NCBI GenBank assembly: GCA_965204725.1
Contig: OZ242005.1
Location: forward strand, 3,616,001 to 3,680,000
From: Candidatus Latescibacterota bacterium
GTDB lineage: Bacteria; Latescibacterota; UBA2968; UBA8231
Direction of reading: 5' to 3'
Length of the DNA: 64,000 bases
The position numbers and the translations under genes were made by a program. Below the pieces are notes generated by a model that made no database searches, was not told where the DNA came from, and saw only the letters and a program-made list of their open reading frames with translations. This document shows, piece after piece, positions 1-10,264 of this stretch (the first letter of the stretch is position 1; the number at the start of each line of letters is the position of its first letter).

Positions 1-336
1 CGCCCCAACGCACAAACCCAATTCCGTCGCTTCTTGTCGCAGGGCATCGTAGTCATCCACCTTATCCCAAGGGATGTGCAAAGCCACGCCGGGACAAACG
101 CCCGTCATCTTATGCACTTGGGCCGCGTCGGAAAGCCGCTCGTGGACGTCGCGAGCGGCACCAGGCTGCTTGAAAACGCCAAAGCGCGTCCCAGAATTGC
201 CATATCCCCAAGAGGGCGTCTCAATCTCTTGGGCTTTGAGCTTGGCTTTGACTGCTTCTACTTCTATCCCTTGACTTGAGAGCATCTCAGCTAAAGCTGC
301 GAATTGGTCTTCTATATTATGCTCTGGAATTCCCAT
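1..336 (-). CDS. rhaI: L-rhamnose isomerase (RhaI type), N-terminal part; runs off the window start
   Basis: Not in the ORF track. Manual translation from ATG at 336 (RBS GCAGGAG) gives MGIPEHNIEDQFAALAEMLSSQGIEVEAVKAKLKAQEIETPSWGYGNSGTRFGVF...VALHIPWD. The ETPSWGYGNSGTRF and LHIPWD motifs are typical of RhaI. Confidence 0.85.
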   Translation of the reverse strand, partial: MGIPEHNIEDQFAALAEMLSSQGIEVEAVKAKLKAQEIETPSWGYGNSGTRFGVFKQPGAARDVHERLSDAAQVHKMTGVCPGVALHIPWDKVDDYDALRQEATELGLCVGA

Positions 337-413
337 TCTGCGTCTCCTGCAATTATCGGGCAGTCGGGACGGCGGTTAAGCTCAGCCGTTGCGGTCCGCG
401 CCCGCGCTTGCTC

Positions 414-1376
414 TTAGGCGTTCTGCAGAACTTGTAGCTGCAGTTCGAGGTTGCGCAACCCGACTTCGCCGGATATAAGCGGCACTCGTGTGGGCTGTAC
501 TGCCGCCTCAGCAAACCGGGCGATAAGCAGCGACATAAAATCATCGCCGATTAGCTCTGATTCACCGGTGCTGAGTACCGAGCAATAGGTCCCGTCGGGT
601 GCCGACCGCCCCGTGCAATCAACTAAAAAGCCATTGACGCCGAATCGCCGCAGGGGTTGGCCTGCGTGTAGGTCGCGGACGATGATTTCGCAACGGCAAC
701 TTCCGGTCGAGTCGGCAAAACTAAAACGGGCCTGCACTTCCCCACTCCCGGACGCCACTTCTAGCGACGCCGGCTCAATGACCCCGTCTGGCATCCAAGC
801 CAAGAGCATGCTCAAAGGATGCGGGGCCATATCGGTCCACACCTCCTCAGCGCAGCGGCGACGCCCCCGGGCCAAGGTCTCCATTTCCGCGTAAAAGGAT
901 TCTATGGTAGCGAGCGAACCCCGGGCCTTTTCGTATAACTGCCGGTAGTAGAACAGCGCGGCAGCGTATTGAGTACAAACGCCCAAGTGCAGATTGGTTT
1001 GCCTCGCCAAATCAACCAAGGCCCGCGCCTGCATCTGCGTCTGCTCGGCCCCATCCGAATGCCAGACTAAGGGCTTTTCACAGAGGACGTGACAACCCCG
1101 CTCGAGAGCGCATTTGACACAGTCGAAATGGGCTTCATTCGGCAAACAAACATCGACCACATCGGGCACTTCTTTGGTCAGTAGCTGGTCCAAGTCCCAA
1201 TAGCCTTGGCCCGAAAAGGGGAAAATATCGCGTAGAACGCGCTCTGTAGCCGCCACACTTTCCCGACTGCGGCCCAAAAAGCCAACGACTTGCGCTCCAA
1301 CCCGGTGGAACCACTTGGCGTGATGCTTGCCGATACCGCTGGCACCGGCGATGGCGACGCGCAGGTCCCTTTCCAT
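414..1376 (-). CDS. Gfo/Idh/MocA family oxidoreductase
   Basis: Rossmann motif VAIAGASGIGKHH, DVCLPNEAH and HVLCEKP. Start placed at ATG 1376 after GGAGG. Confidence 0.85.
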   Translation of the reverse strand: MERDLRVAIAGASGIGKHHAKWFHRVGAQVVGFLGRSRESVAATERVLRDIFPFSGQGYWDLDQLLTKEVPDVVDVCLPNEAHFDCVKCALERGCHVLCEKPLVWHSDGAEQTQMQARALVDLARQTNLHLGVCTQYAAALFYYRQLYEKARGSLATIESFYAEMETLARGRRRCAEEVWTDMAPHPLSMLLAWMPDGVIEPASLEVASGSGEVQARFSFADSTGSCRCEIIVRDLHAGQPLRRFGVNGFLVDCTGRSAPDGTYCSVLSTGESELIGDDFMSLLIARFAEAAVQPTRVPLISGEVGLRNLELQLQVLQNA

Positions 1377-1390
1377 TCTTCCTCCAATAC

Positions 1391-1418
1391 AAAAAAGCCG
1401 ACAACCCATCTGTCGGCT
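1391..1418 (-). terminator. Rho-independent terminator of the small basic protein gene
   Basis: Minus strand reads AGCCGACA-gatgggt-TGTCGGCT followed by TTTTT. Confidence 0.75.
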
Positions 1419-1457
1419 CTCCCAAGCAAGGCCGGTGGCCTCCTAGCTTTTAGCTAT

Positions 1458-1574
1458 TTACCTCTTCCGCGGCGCCTGCTTCGCCTCCTGAGCGCGCTGC
1501 TTCAAGCGTTTTTTGCGCCGCTGTCGCCGACTCCTCAATTCCTTATCCCTCATTCTGCCTTTACTCGACCCCAT
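1458..1574 (-). CDS. 38-aa Arg/Lys-rich small protein (possibly DUF6800-like)
   Basis: MGSSKGRMRDKELRSRRQRRKKRLKQRAQEAKQAPRKR*. Strong RBS AGGAGG, an upstream promoter and a downstream terminator. Below the ORF-track length cutoff. Confidence 0.75.
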   Translation of the reverse strand: MGSSKGRMRDKELRSRRQRRKKRLKQRAQEAKQAPRKR

Positions 1575-1611
1575 CTGTGTATCCTCCTAAGAATAAGAAG
1601 CAATTGGCGGC

Positions 1612-1640
1612 AATATATCGGGCGGCACCACTGAGGTCAA
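1612..1640 (-). promoter_or_regulatory. Sigma70-type promoter for the small basic protein
   Basis: TTGACC-N17-TATATT on the minus strand; the -35 overlaps the pyrB stop codon. Confidence 0.55.
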
Positions 1641-2560
1641 GCGAGGATCATCCGCAAAAGGGCCATGCGCACGTAAAGCCCGTTGTGAACTTGGCGAAAA
1701 TAGGCCGCCCGCGGATCTGCATCCACTGCCGGGTCAATCTCGTCAACGCGGGGCAGGGGGTGCATGACAACAGCGTGTTCCTGCATGCAGTCCATCACCG
1801 AGCGATCGACGATATACTTGCCCCGGGCCTGCTCGTATTCTCTAGTGCGGTCGCCGAAGCGTTCCTTTTGGATCCGCGTCTGATAGACGACATCGGCCTG
1901 CCTTGCCACCTCGTGTAAGTCATCTACCTCCTCGAAAGGGACCTGGTGCCGCTGCAAATACTCCTTTATGTCGTCCTTCATTTTCACTATCTCAGGCGCG
2001 ACGAAGTACATCTTAACACCCTCGTATTTAGCCAACAGGTAGCACAGCGAACGCACCGTCCGTCCATTGGCCAGATCGCCCACCAGAGCAATTGTAATTT
2101 TTTTGAGGCGTCCGATCTCACGTTGGATAGTAAACAGGTCCAACAGGGCTTGAGTCGGGTGCTGTCCGGCTCCATCGCCGGCATTGATCACCGGGATGCC
2201 GGCGACAGCAGCCGCTCGGTTGCTAGCTCCGCTTTCGTAGTGGCGCAACACGATCACGTCCGAGTACCCAGCGACGACGCGAATGGTGTCCTCAAGGGTC
2301 TCCCCCTTGGCCGCCGAAGAGAATTCCTGTGCGCTCTCGGTTGTAATGACGGCCCCGCCCAATCGCGTCATCGCCGATTCAAAGGACAGCCGCGTCCGCG
2401 TACTAGGCTCGTAGAACAGCGTAGCCATGACCCGGCGATTGAGAATATTGGAGCCGTAGTGCTGAACGACTTGCTCCATCTCTTGGGCCGTGGCGAAAAT
2501 GGCGTCGAGCAAGTCGCGATCGAATTGCTGCGCTTCGAGGACGTGATAGAGGCGAGCCAT
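1637..2560 (-). CDS. pyrB: Aspartate carbamoyltransferase catalytic subunit
   Basis: FYEPSTRTRLSFE, GDGAGQHPTQALLD, YQTRIQKERF and HPLPR motifs. Confidence 0.97.
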   Translation of the reverse strand: MARLYHVLEAQQFDRDLLDAIFATAQEMEQVVQHYGSNILNRRVMATLFYEPSTRTRLSFESAMTRLGGAVITTESAQEFSSAAKGETLEDTIRVVAGYSDVIVLRHYESGASNRAAAVAGIPVINAGDGAGQHPTQALLDLFTIQREIGRLKKITIALVGDLANGRTVRSLCYLLAKYEGVKMYFVAPEIVKMKDDIKEYLQRHQVPFEEVDDLHEVARQADVVYQTRIQKERFGDRTREYEQARGKYIVDRSVMDCMQEHAVVMHPLPRVDEIDPAVDADPRAAYFRQVHNGLYVRMALLRMILA

Positions 2561-2570
2561 CAGGTCCCCC

Positions 2571-3008
2571 TCAACGGCCTTCCCGCTCCCCCAATACCGC
2601 CATAATCTCCGCCTCGGCCGCCACTTCCTCGCCGACCAGTGCTCGCCCTTGCAACTTACAAGATCCGCCCCGCTGCCTGAGCACCTTTAGCTCCAGTCGC
2701 AACTGGTCCCCCGGCACTACCGGGCGGCGAAACTTGCAGCGATCTATTCCAGCGAAAAAAGGCACCTTGGATTCAGGATGCTCCACGCCGCTCAGCATCA
2801 TGGCGCAACCCGCTTGCGCCAATGCCTCGACGATCAGCACGCCGGGCATGACCGGATACCCGGGAAAATGTCCTTGGAAAAACGATTCGTTGGCCGTCAC
2901 GTTCTTCAAGGCCACGATGCGTTCCCCCGGCACCAATTCGAGGACGCGGTCGATGAGCAGCAGCGGATAGCGGTGCGGCAACAGCTTGAGAATCTCCGTT
3001 AAATTCAC
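2571..3008 (-). CDS. fabZ: 3-hydroxyacyl-ACP dehydratase
   Basis: LPHRYPLLLIDRV and FFQGHFPGYPVMPGVLIVEALAQ. Stand-alone, with no LpxC domain. Confidence 0.96.
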   Translation of the reverse strand: MNLTEILKLLPHRYPLLLIDRVLELVPGERIVALKNVTANESFFQGHFPGYPVMPGVLIVEALAQAGCAMMLSGVEHPESKVPFFAGIDRCKFRRPVVPGDQLRLELKVLRQRGGSCKLQGRALVGEEVAAEAEIMAVLGEREGR

Positions 3009-3538
3009 TCCTGCTCTTCCTTTTCCTTTTCCATCAGTTCCAGTAACTGGTCGGTTAGATCGTACTGCTCTTTAGCAAAGACCAAACCGCTTGAAGGCGA
3101 CGCGGCGTCGAAAATGAAGTCGTAGTCCTCTTCCTCGGCCATGCCCTGAATGGCATCGTTGATCCTTTTGAAGATCGGCTCGGAAAGCTCGATATTCTTG
3201 CGCATCAACTCGCCTTCGGGGCCAAATTTCTCTTGGGTAAACTGCTGCAACTGCTGAACTTTCGCCTCGAATTCGGCCTGCATTTCCGCCTTGCGGGCCT
3301 CGCTCATCAGCAACTCCTGCCGCCGAAAGTCCTCCTGAAACTTGAGCAACTTGGCCTCGCGGTCCTTGGCTTGGTTCTCGTAGTCCTGACTTAGCTGCTC
3401 CAACGTGCGCTGCACATCCCGAAATTCGGGCAGGCGCTCTTTGAGCACTTCTGAATCGATATAGCCTATTTTTAGCTGAGCCGAGGCACTCGTGGCGCAA
3501 CAAGCCACGACGAGGGCGAACAATAGGGCGCGTCTCAT
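3005..3538 (-). CDS. skp: OmpH/Skp periplasmic chaperone
   Basis: Signal peptide, KIGYIDS, a coiled-coil body, YDFIFD and DLTD; lies downstream of bamA. Confidence 0.92.
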   Translation of the reverse strand: MRRALLFALVVACCATSASAQLKIGYIDSEVLKERLPEFRDVQRTLEQLSQDYENQAKDREAKLLKFQEDFRRQELLMSEARKAEMQAEFEAKVQQLQQFTQEKFGPEGELMRKNIELSEPIFKRINDAIQGMAEEEDYDFIFDAASPSSGLVFAKEQYDLTDQLLELMEKEKEEQE

Positions 3539-3709
3539 AGATACTCCTCTTTATGGACGAAAATCAATTGGATTGAGTCTGTATAACTCGCTGTTTTCTT
3601 TCATTATATAAGATACGACTTGGCATAAATTTGTGAAACATTGGACATAAGAAGGCCCAAGATGCCGGATGACACCTTGGGCTCCGTCTTTTGCCCCTGC
3701 AATCGGGCA

Positions 3710-6094
3710 CTAGTAAAACTGCGGTCCAAACTGGAAGTGCGTCTTCCAGCCGGCCGGTGCGCCATCGACCCTCTTGCGGTCAAAACCATAGCCGAAGTCG
3801 AAGCCGATCATCCCCAGCATCGGCGTCTGGACGCGAAAACCAAAGCCCAGCGAACGCCGGAGGTCTAGGGGATTGAGATCGGGAATCGTCCTCCACGCGT
3901 TGCCCGCATCGGCGAAGAGGATGCCGTACACTTGCTGCTCGGCTATCGGAAAGCGGTACTCTAGGTTCAACACCATCATCGAGCGACCGCCGAGGGAAAT
4001 CCCGTCGGCCCTCTTCGGACCCAAGGAGTAATCTGGATAACCCCGGACCTGTCCGTCCCAGTAATCAATGCCGCCCGGCGTAAACAGGTCATAGTGCGAA
4101 ATGTGGTTGTCGTCCCAGTCGGAAAAACCATCTATAACCGCGACTTTGGTCTCCAAACTCCAGACGAACTTCCACCAACTCGGCCGATAGTAATTGAATT
4201 TCACTTCGTGGTTGTGGTAGTCCACATCGCCGGCCACAATCGAGGTGGCGATCGATGGCGTGTAGCTAAAAACCGTCCCCTTGGTCGGGAACTCGGCCCG
4301 GTCGCGCGTATCGCGCGTATAGATCAACTCAAAGCGGCTCGTAAGCCGATCGTCAAAGCGGGGATCTCGTGTAGCGTTGGTTGCAAAGTCGGAATAGCCT
4401 TGGCTATGAAGGCGATAGCCGAGCGAAAGGCTGGAATTGGCCGGCTTCTTCAAGCGCCGACCGACCCGCACATTGATCGACTTGCTGTTGGATTTCCACA
4501 GGATCGAATTGCGATGGGCCTGCCGGTAGTCGTAGTACTGGAGGTTTCGCGTATAAGCGCGGGCCGACAAACTAGTCGGGGTGTCAAAAAGCCAAGGCTC
4601 GGTAAAACCAACTAGGAACTGATCGCGCCGAGTGCCGAACTCCCAGTTAAAGTCTAGACTCTGGCCCATTCCGCGGAAATTGGGAATCTGCAAGCCAATT
4701 TGGCCCACCATCTTGTCGCGGTCTGAATATCCCGCCCCCACAGACGCGGATCCCGTGGGCCGCTCATCGACGTTAAAGACCATATCCACCAGCCGCTCTC
4801 CCTCGCCCGAGCTATATTGAGGCTGGATTTGCACATCTTTGAAGAAGTTTAACAGGGCTATGCGCCGCTGACTTTCTTGGACGAGATTCTGTTGATAAAT
4901 ATCGCCCGGACGCAATTCGATCTCGCGCCGAATCACCTTCTCCCGCGTCTTGGTATTGCCGGCAATCTCGACCCTGCGAATCGTCCACGGTTGGCCTTCA
5001 AACACCTGAAACGACACGTCAATCGAGTCGTTGCGAATCGCCTCCTGCGGCACCACGCGCGTGTCCAAGTAGCCCTTCTCGTAATAGACAAAGCGCGCCA
5101 AGTCGGCTAGCTCGGGTCCCGAGCGCCCATATACCATCCCCTCTTGCAGGTCCAGCTTCTCGACTAACTCGTCGCCGCCAAAGAGCGCGTTGCCCTCCCA
5201 AGCGACTTGGCCCAACCGGTACTGGAGCCCTTCGTCAATTTCCACGTCGATGAACAAGTGCCGCCGCGTCGAGTCGTAATAGACGCTGTCGCGCACGATG
5301 GCGGCCTGCTGAAACCCCAAACTGCGATAGTATGCCAGTAGCTTCTGCTTGTCCTCCTCGTACGTATCGCCGCTGAACTCGCCCTTGCGCCACCAGCGCT
5401 TCTCTTTGGTCTCCATCAACGACACCAAGCGGCGCGGCTCTGGGCCTTGGCTGTCCCACTTTTGTGGACGCCGGGGGCTGCGGGCTGGTAGCTGTTGGCT
5501 GTCGATCACCGTGCCGTCGGCGTGGTGCTGGATCAAGCGGATCTGCTTGATCTGCACCTTGGACCCCTCGTTGATGTCGTATTGGAGGAATACCTCGCCC
5601 TCTTCCGCGCCGGCAAAGGTCTGGCCTTTGACTTCGGCGCGCAGATAGCCCTTCTCGCGGTACAGGTCAAGGATTTTCTGCTCGCCCCGCACCACATCCC
5701 GCGGCGCGATCACCTGACCGGTGATCAAACTCAGCGCTTCCTTGAAATCCTTCTCTTTGAGGTTTTTATGACCCTTGAACTGCAAGCCCTCTAAGGCCGG
5801 GTATTCTTCAACCATGATGATCAGGTTGATGCCTTCGGGGCCGGGATCGCCCCAGATCTGAATATCCTCAAAGACGTTGAGCCCTTGGAGATCGCGCACC
5901 GCCTGCTGCACGTTCTCTTGCGACAACTCAACTCCAGGCTCTAAGCCCACCGTGGTCAGGATCAGCGACTTGGCCACCTTGCGCAGCTCGCCCTGCACCT
6001 CGACCGAGACCACCTGCTGGGCCTCGGCGGTACTCCCCATCAGCCCCACAGAGACGACGGCAAAAAGTATGGTGCGGACCCTGTTCATTATCAT
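3710..6094 (-). CDS. bamA: Outer membrane protein assembly factor BamA
   Basis: POTRA repeats (GNTKTREKVIRREI), VRGY motif and a C-terminal barrel ending FQFGPQFY. Start adjusted to just after the clpC stop. Confidence 0.95.
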   Translation of the reverse strand: MIMNRVRTILFAVVSVGLMGSTAEAQQVVSVEVQGELRKVAKSLILTTVGLEPGVELSQENVQQAVRDLQGLNVFEDIQIWGDPGPEGINLIIMVEEYPALEGLQFKGHKNLKEKDFKEALSLITGQVIAPRDVVRGEQKILDLYREKGYLRAEVKGQTFAGAEEGEVFLQYDINEGSKVQIKQIRLIQHHADGTVIDSQQLPARSPRRPQKWDSQGPEPRRLVSLMETKEKRWWRKGEFSGDTYEEDKQKLLAYYRSLGFQQAAIVRDSVYYDSTRRHLFIDVEIDEGLQYRLGQVAWEGNALFGGDELVEKLDLQEGMVYGRSGPELADLARFVYYEKGYLDTRVVPQEAIRNDSIDVSFQVFEGQPWTIRRVEIAGNTKTREKVIRREIELRPGDIYQQNLVQESQRRIALLNFFKDVQIQPQYSSGEGERLVDMVFNVDERPTGSASVGAGYSDRDKMVGQIGLQIPNFRGMGQSLDFNWEFGTRRDQFLVGFTEPWLFDTPTSLSARAYTRNLQYYDYRQAHRNSILWKSNSKSINVRVGRRLKKPANSSLSLGYRLHSQGYSDFATNATRDPRFDDRLTSRFELIYTRDTRDRAEFPTKGTVFSYTPSIATSIVAGDVDYHNHEVKFNYYRPSWWKFVWSLETKVAVIDGFSDWDDNHISHYDLFTPGGIDYWDGQVRGYPDYSLGPKRADGISLGGRSMMVLNLEYRFPIAEQQVYGILFADAGNAWRTIPDLNPLDLRRSLGFGFRVQTPMLGMIGFDFGYGFDRKRVDGAPAGWKTHFQFGPQFY

Positions 6095-6095
6095 A

Positions 6096-8558
6096 TTAGC
6101 TCGTGGTTGCGCGCTTCTTCTTGACCGCTCCACCTACTCGACGCTCCTCGTCGAACACTAGTTCCTCGCCTTTTTTGGTGACGCGAATGTGACTGCCCTC
6201 GCCAAAGCGGCCTTGGAGAATCTCCTCGGCCAGCGGGTCTTCGAGCATCTTTTGGATGGTCCGCTCCAAATAGCGCGCGCCATAGGCCTGATCAAAGCCC
6301 TTGTCGGCGAGTAGCGTTTTGGCTCCGGGCGTAACTCGCACATGGATGTCTTGCGGAGCCAAGCGCGCTTTGAATTCCTCCAAGCGAATATCTATGATGG
6401 CGGCGATGTGCTCTTTGTCGAGCGCGTGGAAAATGATGGTGTCGTCAACGCGATTGAGGAATTCGGGATTGAAGGTCTTTTTTAAGGCGTCGTTGATCTT
6501 GCCTTCCATCAGCGCGTACCGCGAGTCGGAATCGGACTTTTGAAAGCCCAATACACCGCCCGTGCCCACATCCCGGCTCCCGGCGTTGGAGGTCATAATC
6601 AGCACGGTGTTGCAGAAATCCACTTTGCGGCCCGTGCTATCGGTGAGGCGTCCCTCGTCGAAAATCTGCAACAGGATGTTGAAGACATCGGGATGGGCTT
6701 TCTCGACCTCGTCTAGCAGCACCACTGAATAGGGACGGCGGCGAACTCGCTCGGTGAGCTGGCCCCCTTCGTCAAAACCCACGTAGCCCGGAGGGGCGCC
6801 AATTAGGCGCGACACTGCGAATTTCTCCATGTACTCAGACATATCAACCGCAATCAACGCATCGGCATCGTCAAAGAGAAATTCGGCTAGCCGCTTAGCC
6901 AACTCGGTCTTGCCCACACCCGTCGGGCCGAGAAAGATAAACGAGCCAATGGGCCGCTTGGGATCCTGTAGGCCCGCCCGACTGCGGCGGATGGCCCGCG
7001 CAACCGCAGTGACCGCCTGCTGCTGACCGACAATGTTCTTGGTGAGCGCCTCTTCCATGGCCAGCAGACGCTCGGTCTCGGTCTTGGCCAGCCGCGAGAT
7101 GGGGATGCCGGTCATACTCGCGATGACCTCAGCAATATCGTCCGTCGTCACCTCGACTACTTCGTCGCGGACCGATTCCTCCCACACTTGGCGTTTGGTT
7201 TGTAGCTGCTCATTCAATTGGAGCGCCTTGTCGCGCAACACGGCGGCGTCCTCGAAATCTTGGCGCTCGGACGCTTCGTTTTTTTGGCGGTTTATCTCCT
7301 GTATCTCGGCTTCGATCCGGCCAATTTCTTCCGGCGGGCTGAGCCGAGCGAGATGGACGCGCGATCCCGTCTCGTCAATCACATCAATGGCTTTGTCGGG
7401 TAAGTAGCGGTCGCTTATATAGCGGTCGGCTTGGCGCACGGCATAGGCAACGACGCCGTCGGCAAACTCCACGTGATGGTGGTTCTCGTAGCTGGAGCGC
7501 AACCCCTTGACGATCTCAATGGTGTCCTCAACCGAGGGCGGATCAACCATGATGCTCTGAAAACGCCGTTCAAGAGCACCGTCCTTTTCGATGTGCTTGC
7601 GGTACTCGTCGAGGGTGGTCGCCCCAATGCACTGCAATTCGCCACGGGCCAAGGCCGGCTTGAACATATTGGAAGCGTCCAACGTGCCCTCGGCGCTGCC
7701 AGCACCAACAATCGTGTGCAGCTCGTCAATGAAAATGATGACTTCGGAGTTTTGCTGGAGCTCGTTCATCACCGCCTTAATGCGCTCTTCAAACTGGCCC
7801 CGGTATTTGGTGCCGGCTACCACGCCGCCCATGTCGAGGGTGACCAAGCGCTTGTCGAGGAGGATCTGCGGCACGCGCTTTTCAATGATGCGCTGGGCCA
7901 GCCCTTCGACAATGGCCGTCTTGCCGACGCCCGGGTCGCCGATGAGAATGGGATTGTTCTTCTTGCGGCGGCTCAGCACTTGCGTGACGCGCTCAATCTC
8001 CTTTTGGCGGCCAATCACCGGATCTAGCTTGGCCTCGCGCGCCAACTGGGTCAGGTCGCGGCCAAAGTGATCGAGGAAAGGCGTCTTGCTCTTCTTGCCC
8101 TTTTCTTTGCGCCCGGTGGTCTTGCCTTCGAGCACGGCCAAGGTCTCTTCCATGGCCGTTTTGTAATCGACGCCAAAGGCGGCCAGAATCTGCGCGGCAA
8201 CCCCCTCCTTGTCCTTGAGTAGGGCCAAGAGCAGGTGTTCGACGTCGATGAACTGGGTCTTCATCTCCTTGGCCTCGTTGGCCGCTACCTCGAGGATCTG
8301 TTTGGCACGAGGAGTATAGGGCACCTCGCCAATGGTCATGGTGCCGCCCGTGGTCGTCACGTAGTCCTCAACCGACTGCTTGACCGTCTCCAAGCTCAAC
8401 CCCAAGTTCGTCAGCACGGCCACGGCCTTGCCCTTGCCGTCCTTGATAATGCCCAACAGCAGATGCTCAGTGCCAATGTAGTTGTGACCTAAGCGCGCCG
8501 ACTCCTCACGCGCTAGCTTCATTACCTGTTTTACATTCTCGGTGAACATGTTGTTCAT
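6096..8558 (-). CDS. clpC: ATP-dependent Clp protease ATP-binding subunit ClpC
   Basis: Two Clp-N repeats, two AAA modules ([16 protein letters not shown]), a UVR middle domain and an LGF ClpP-binding loop; next to mcsB. Confidence 0.96.
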   Translation of the reverse strand: MNNMFTENVKQVMKLAREESARLGHNYIGTEHLLLGIIKDGKGKAVAVLTNLGLSLETVKQSVEDYVTTTGGTMTIGEVPYTPRAKQILEVAANEAKEMKTQFIDVEHLLLALLKDKEGVAAQILAAFGVDYKTAMEETLAVLEGKTTGRKEKGKKSKTPFLDHFGRDLTQLAREAKLDPVIGRQKEIERVTQVLSRRKKNNPILIGDPGVGKTAIVEGLAQRIIEKRVPQILLDKRLVTLDMGGVVAGTKYRGQFEERIKAVMNELQQNSEVIIFIDELHTIVGAGSAEGTLDASNMFKPALARGELQCIGATTLDEYRKHIEKDGALERRFQSIMVDPPSVEDTIEIVKGLRSSYENHHHVEFADGVVAYAVRQADRYISDRYLPDKAIDVIDETGSRVHLARLSPPEEIGRIEAEIQEINRQKNEASERQDFEDAAVLRDKALQLNEQLQTKRQVWEESVRDEVVEVTTDDIAEVIASMTGIPISRLAKTETERLLAMEEALTKNIVGQQQAVTAVARAIRRSRAGLQDPKRPIGSFIFLGPTGVGKTELAKRLAEFLFDDADALIAVDMSEYMEKFAVSRLIGAPPGYVGFDEGGQLTERVRRRPYSVVLLDEVEKAHPDVFNILLQIFDEGRLTDSTGRKVDFCNTVLIMTSNAGSRDVGTGGVLGFQKSDSDSRYALMEGKINDALKKTFNPEFLNRVDDTIIFHALDKEHIAAIIDIRLEEFKARLAPQDIHVRVTPGAKTLLADKGFDQAYGARYLERTIQKMLEDPLAEEILQGRFGEGSHIRVTKKGEELVFDEERRVGGAVKKKRATTS

Positions 8559-8684
8559 CTAGGGGTCCTCCACAATCCGCCTATGTATGTAAGGAAGTTT
8601 GATTCTCGACAATTCGAAGAGCGTGAATTGAATATCGAGCACTATGAAATTCGGTTTTGAACGTACCAAACGAGCAGATGGTTG

Positions 8685-9749
8685 TCAAGGTGAACTCCCC
8701 TGCTCGGCCCAGCACCGCCTCACTCGTTCGGCGCGGCGCACATCGCGGTCGGCTGGCGAGAGCGTCGTGCGGGATTCGGCCTGCAAATGCGAGGGCTGGG
8801 TAATGATCATTAACTGGTTGATAAAGCCCAGCGGCAGGCCATCGATCAGCCCCAAACTACACCCTAAACGCACCGCCGAGAGCAAATCCATAAACTCCTT
8901 GCCACTCAATACCCGCGCATGGCGCAAGATCCCATAGGCTCGCCAAACCTTGTCCTCCACTTGCGCCGAGGCGTCGGCCAGCAGGGCGGCCTGCGCCTCC
9001 CTTTCGTGGCCTATAATCTGTTGGGTCACGGCCGAGAGCTTCTCGACGATCTCCCCTTCAGGTACGCCCATGGTGACTTGGTTGGATATCTGAAATAGGT
9101 TGCCGACCGCATTGGTGCCTTCTCCGTAGAAACCGCGCACCGCAAAAGTCATTCGGGTCAAACCGCGCATCACCCGCTCCATATCCTCGGTCAGGACTAA
9201 GGCCGGCAGGTGGATGAGCACCGATAGGCGCAAGCCCGTCCCCGTATTGGTGGGGCAGGCCGTCAAAAAGCCCCAGCGCTCGGATTGCGCCCACTCCAAT
9301 TCGCTCCTCAGCGCGTCGTCAAGCGCGTCAACCCGCTGCCACGCCGCGTGCGTTTGCAAACCCGGCAAGATGGCCTGCAAGCGGAGGTGATCCTCCTCGT
9401 TGATCATCACGCTGAGCGATTCATCCGCATTAAAGAGCACGCCGCGCTGGCCCTTGCTTTTGGCCAGCGCCGGACTAATCAGGTGGCGCTCCACCAGCAA
9501 CTGGCGTTGGTTGGCCTGCAGGGCGTTCATTTGGAAAAAGGCCGCATCGCACATAGAGCGACACTTTTGCGACGCACTCAGGACCTGTGCAATGATTTTC
9601 TCTTGATCCTCAAGCGTGGTCTTCGGTGCGAAGGGCCACGCTGCGAGATTGCGCGCTAGGCGGGCGCGACAGCTAACGACCATGCCGTCGGCACTCCCTT
9701 CGCCGCTGAGCCAGCTAGCCGCATTGTACACGAGATCCTCGATATTCAC
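8685..9749 (-). CDS. mcsB: Protein arginine kinase McsB
   Basis: RARLARN, INEEDHLR, GFLTACPTNTGTG and FQISNQ motifs. Confidence 0.95.
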   Translation of the reverse strand: MNIEDLVYNAASWLSGEGSADGMVVSCRARLARNLAAWPFAPKTTLEDQEKIIAQVLSASQKCRSMCDAAFFQMNALQANQRQLLVERHLISPALAKSKGQRGVLFNADESLSVMINEEDHLRLQAILPGLQTHAAWQRVDALDDALRSELEWAQSERWGFLTACPTNTGTGLRLSVLIHLPALVLTEDMERVMRGLTRMTFAVRGFYGEGTNAVGNLFQISNQVTMGVPEGEIVEKLSAVTQQIIGHEREAQAALLADASAQVEDKVWRAYGILRHARVLSGKEFMDLLSAVRLGCSLGLIDGLPLGFINQLMIITQPSHLQAESRTTLSPADRDVRRAERVRRCWAEQGSSP

Positions 9750-9751
9750 GG

Positions 9752-10264
9752 CTATTTTCCCTCGAGGACGCGGATGCGGTCCCTGAGTTGAGCGGCCTTT
9801 TCAAAGGCCTCCTCCGCCACGGCTTGGGCCAACTCTTCGCGCAATCCCTCCAGATCGTCGGTCGCCTCGACACGTTGGGCCGCTTCCATCGGCCCCTTGC
9901 CCCGGTGCTCGTCGTCGCCGTGGATGCGCTTGAGCAGGCGTTCTAGCTGGGGGGCGAAGGCATCGTAGCAATCCGGGCAACCGAGACGACCAATTTTCTT
10001 GAACTCCTCGTAGGCCATCTCGCAGGTTGGACAGCGCACACCCCCGTCGCCTTCGGCCCCGGCCAACTTGGCCAATTCTATCTTGACTTCCTTTACCAGC
10101 ACGGGCACTTCTTTGACCGAGACCGCCGGGCCTACCCGCACCTTGATGTTTTTTTTGCTGGCGCACTCACCGCAGAGAAAGAGCGTCTGTTTTGCGTCCT
10201 CGACGATATGCGTATAAGCCACCACGGCTTCGCGCTTGGCGCACACTCCGCATTTCATGTTCAT
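9752..10264 (-). CDS. mcsA: McsA, protein-arginine kinase activator (CxxC motifs plus UVR domain)
   Basis: Four CxxC motifs, GRLGCPDCY, IHG..EHRGK and a UVR C-terminus. Start ATG overlaps the lolD stop (ATGA); the longer ORF-track start is a spurious extension. Confidence 0.92.
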   Translation of the reverse strand: MNMKCGVCAKREAVVAYTHIVEDAKQTLFLCGECASKKNIKVRVGPAVSVKEVPVLVKEVKIELAKLAGAEGDGGVRCPTCEMAYEEFKKIGRLGCPDCYDAFAPQLERLLKRIHGDDEHRGKGPMEAAQRVEATDDLEGLREELAQAVAEEAFEKAAQLRDRIRVLEGK

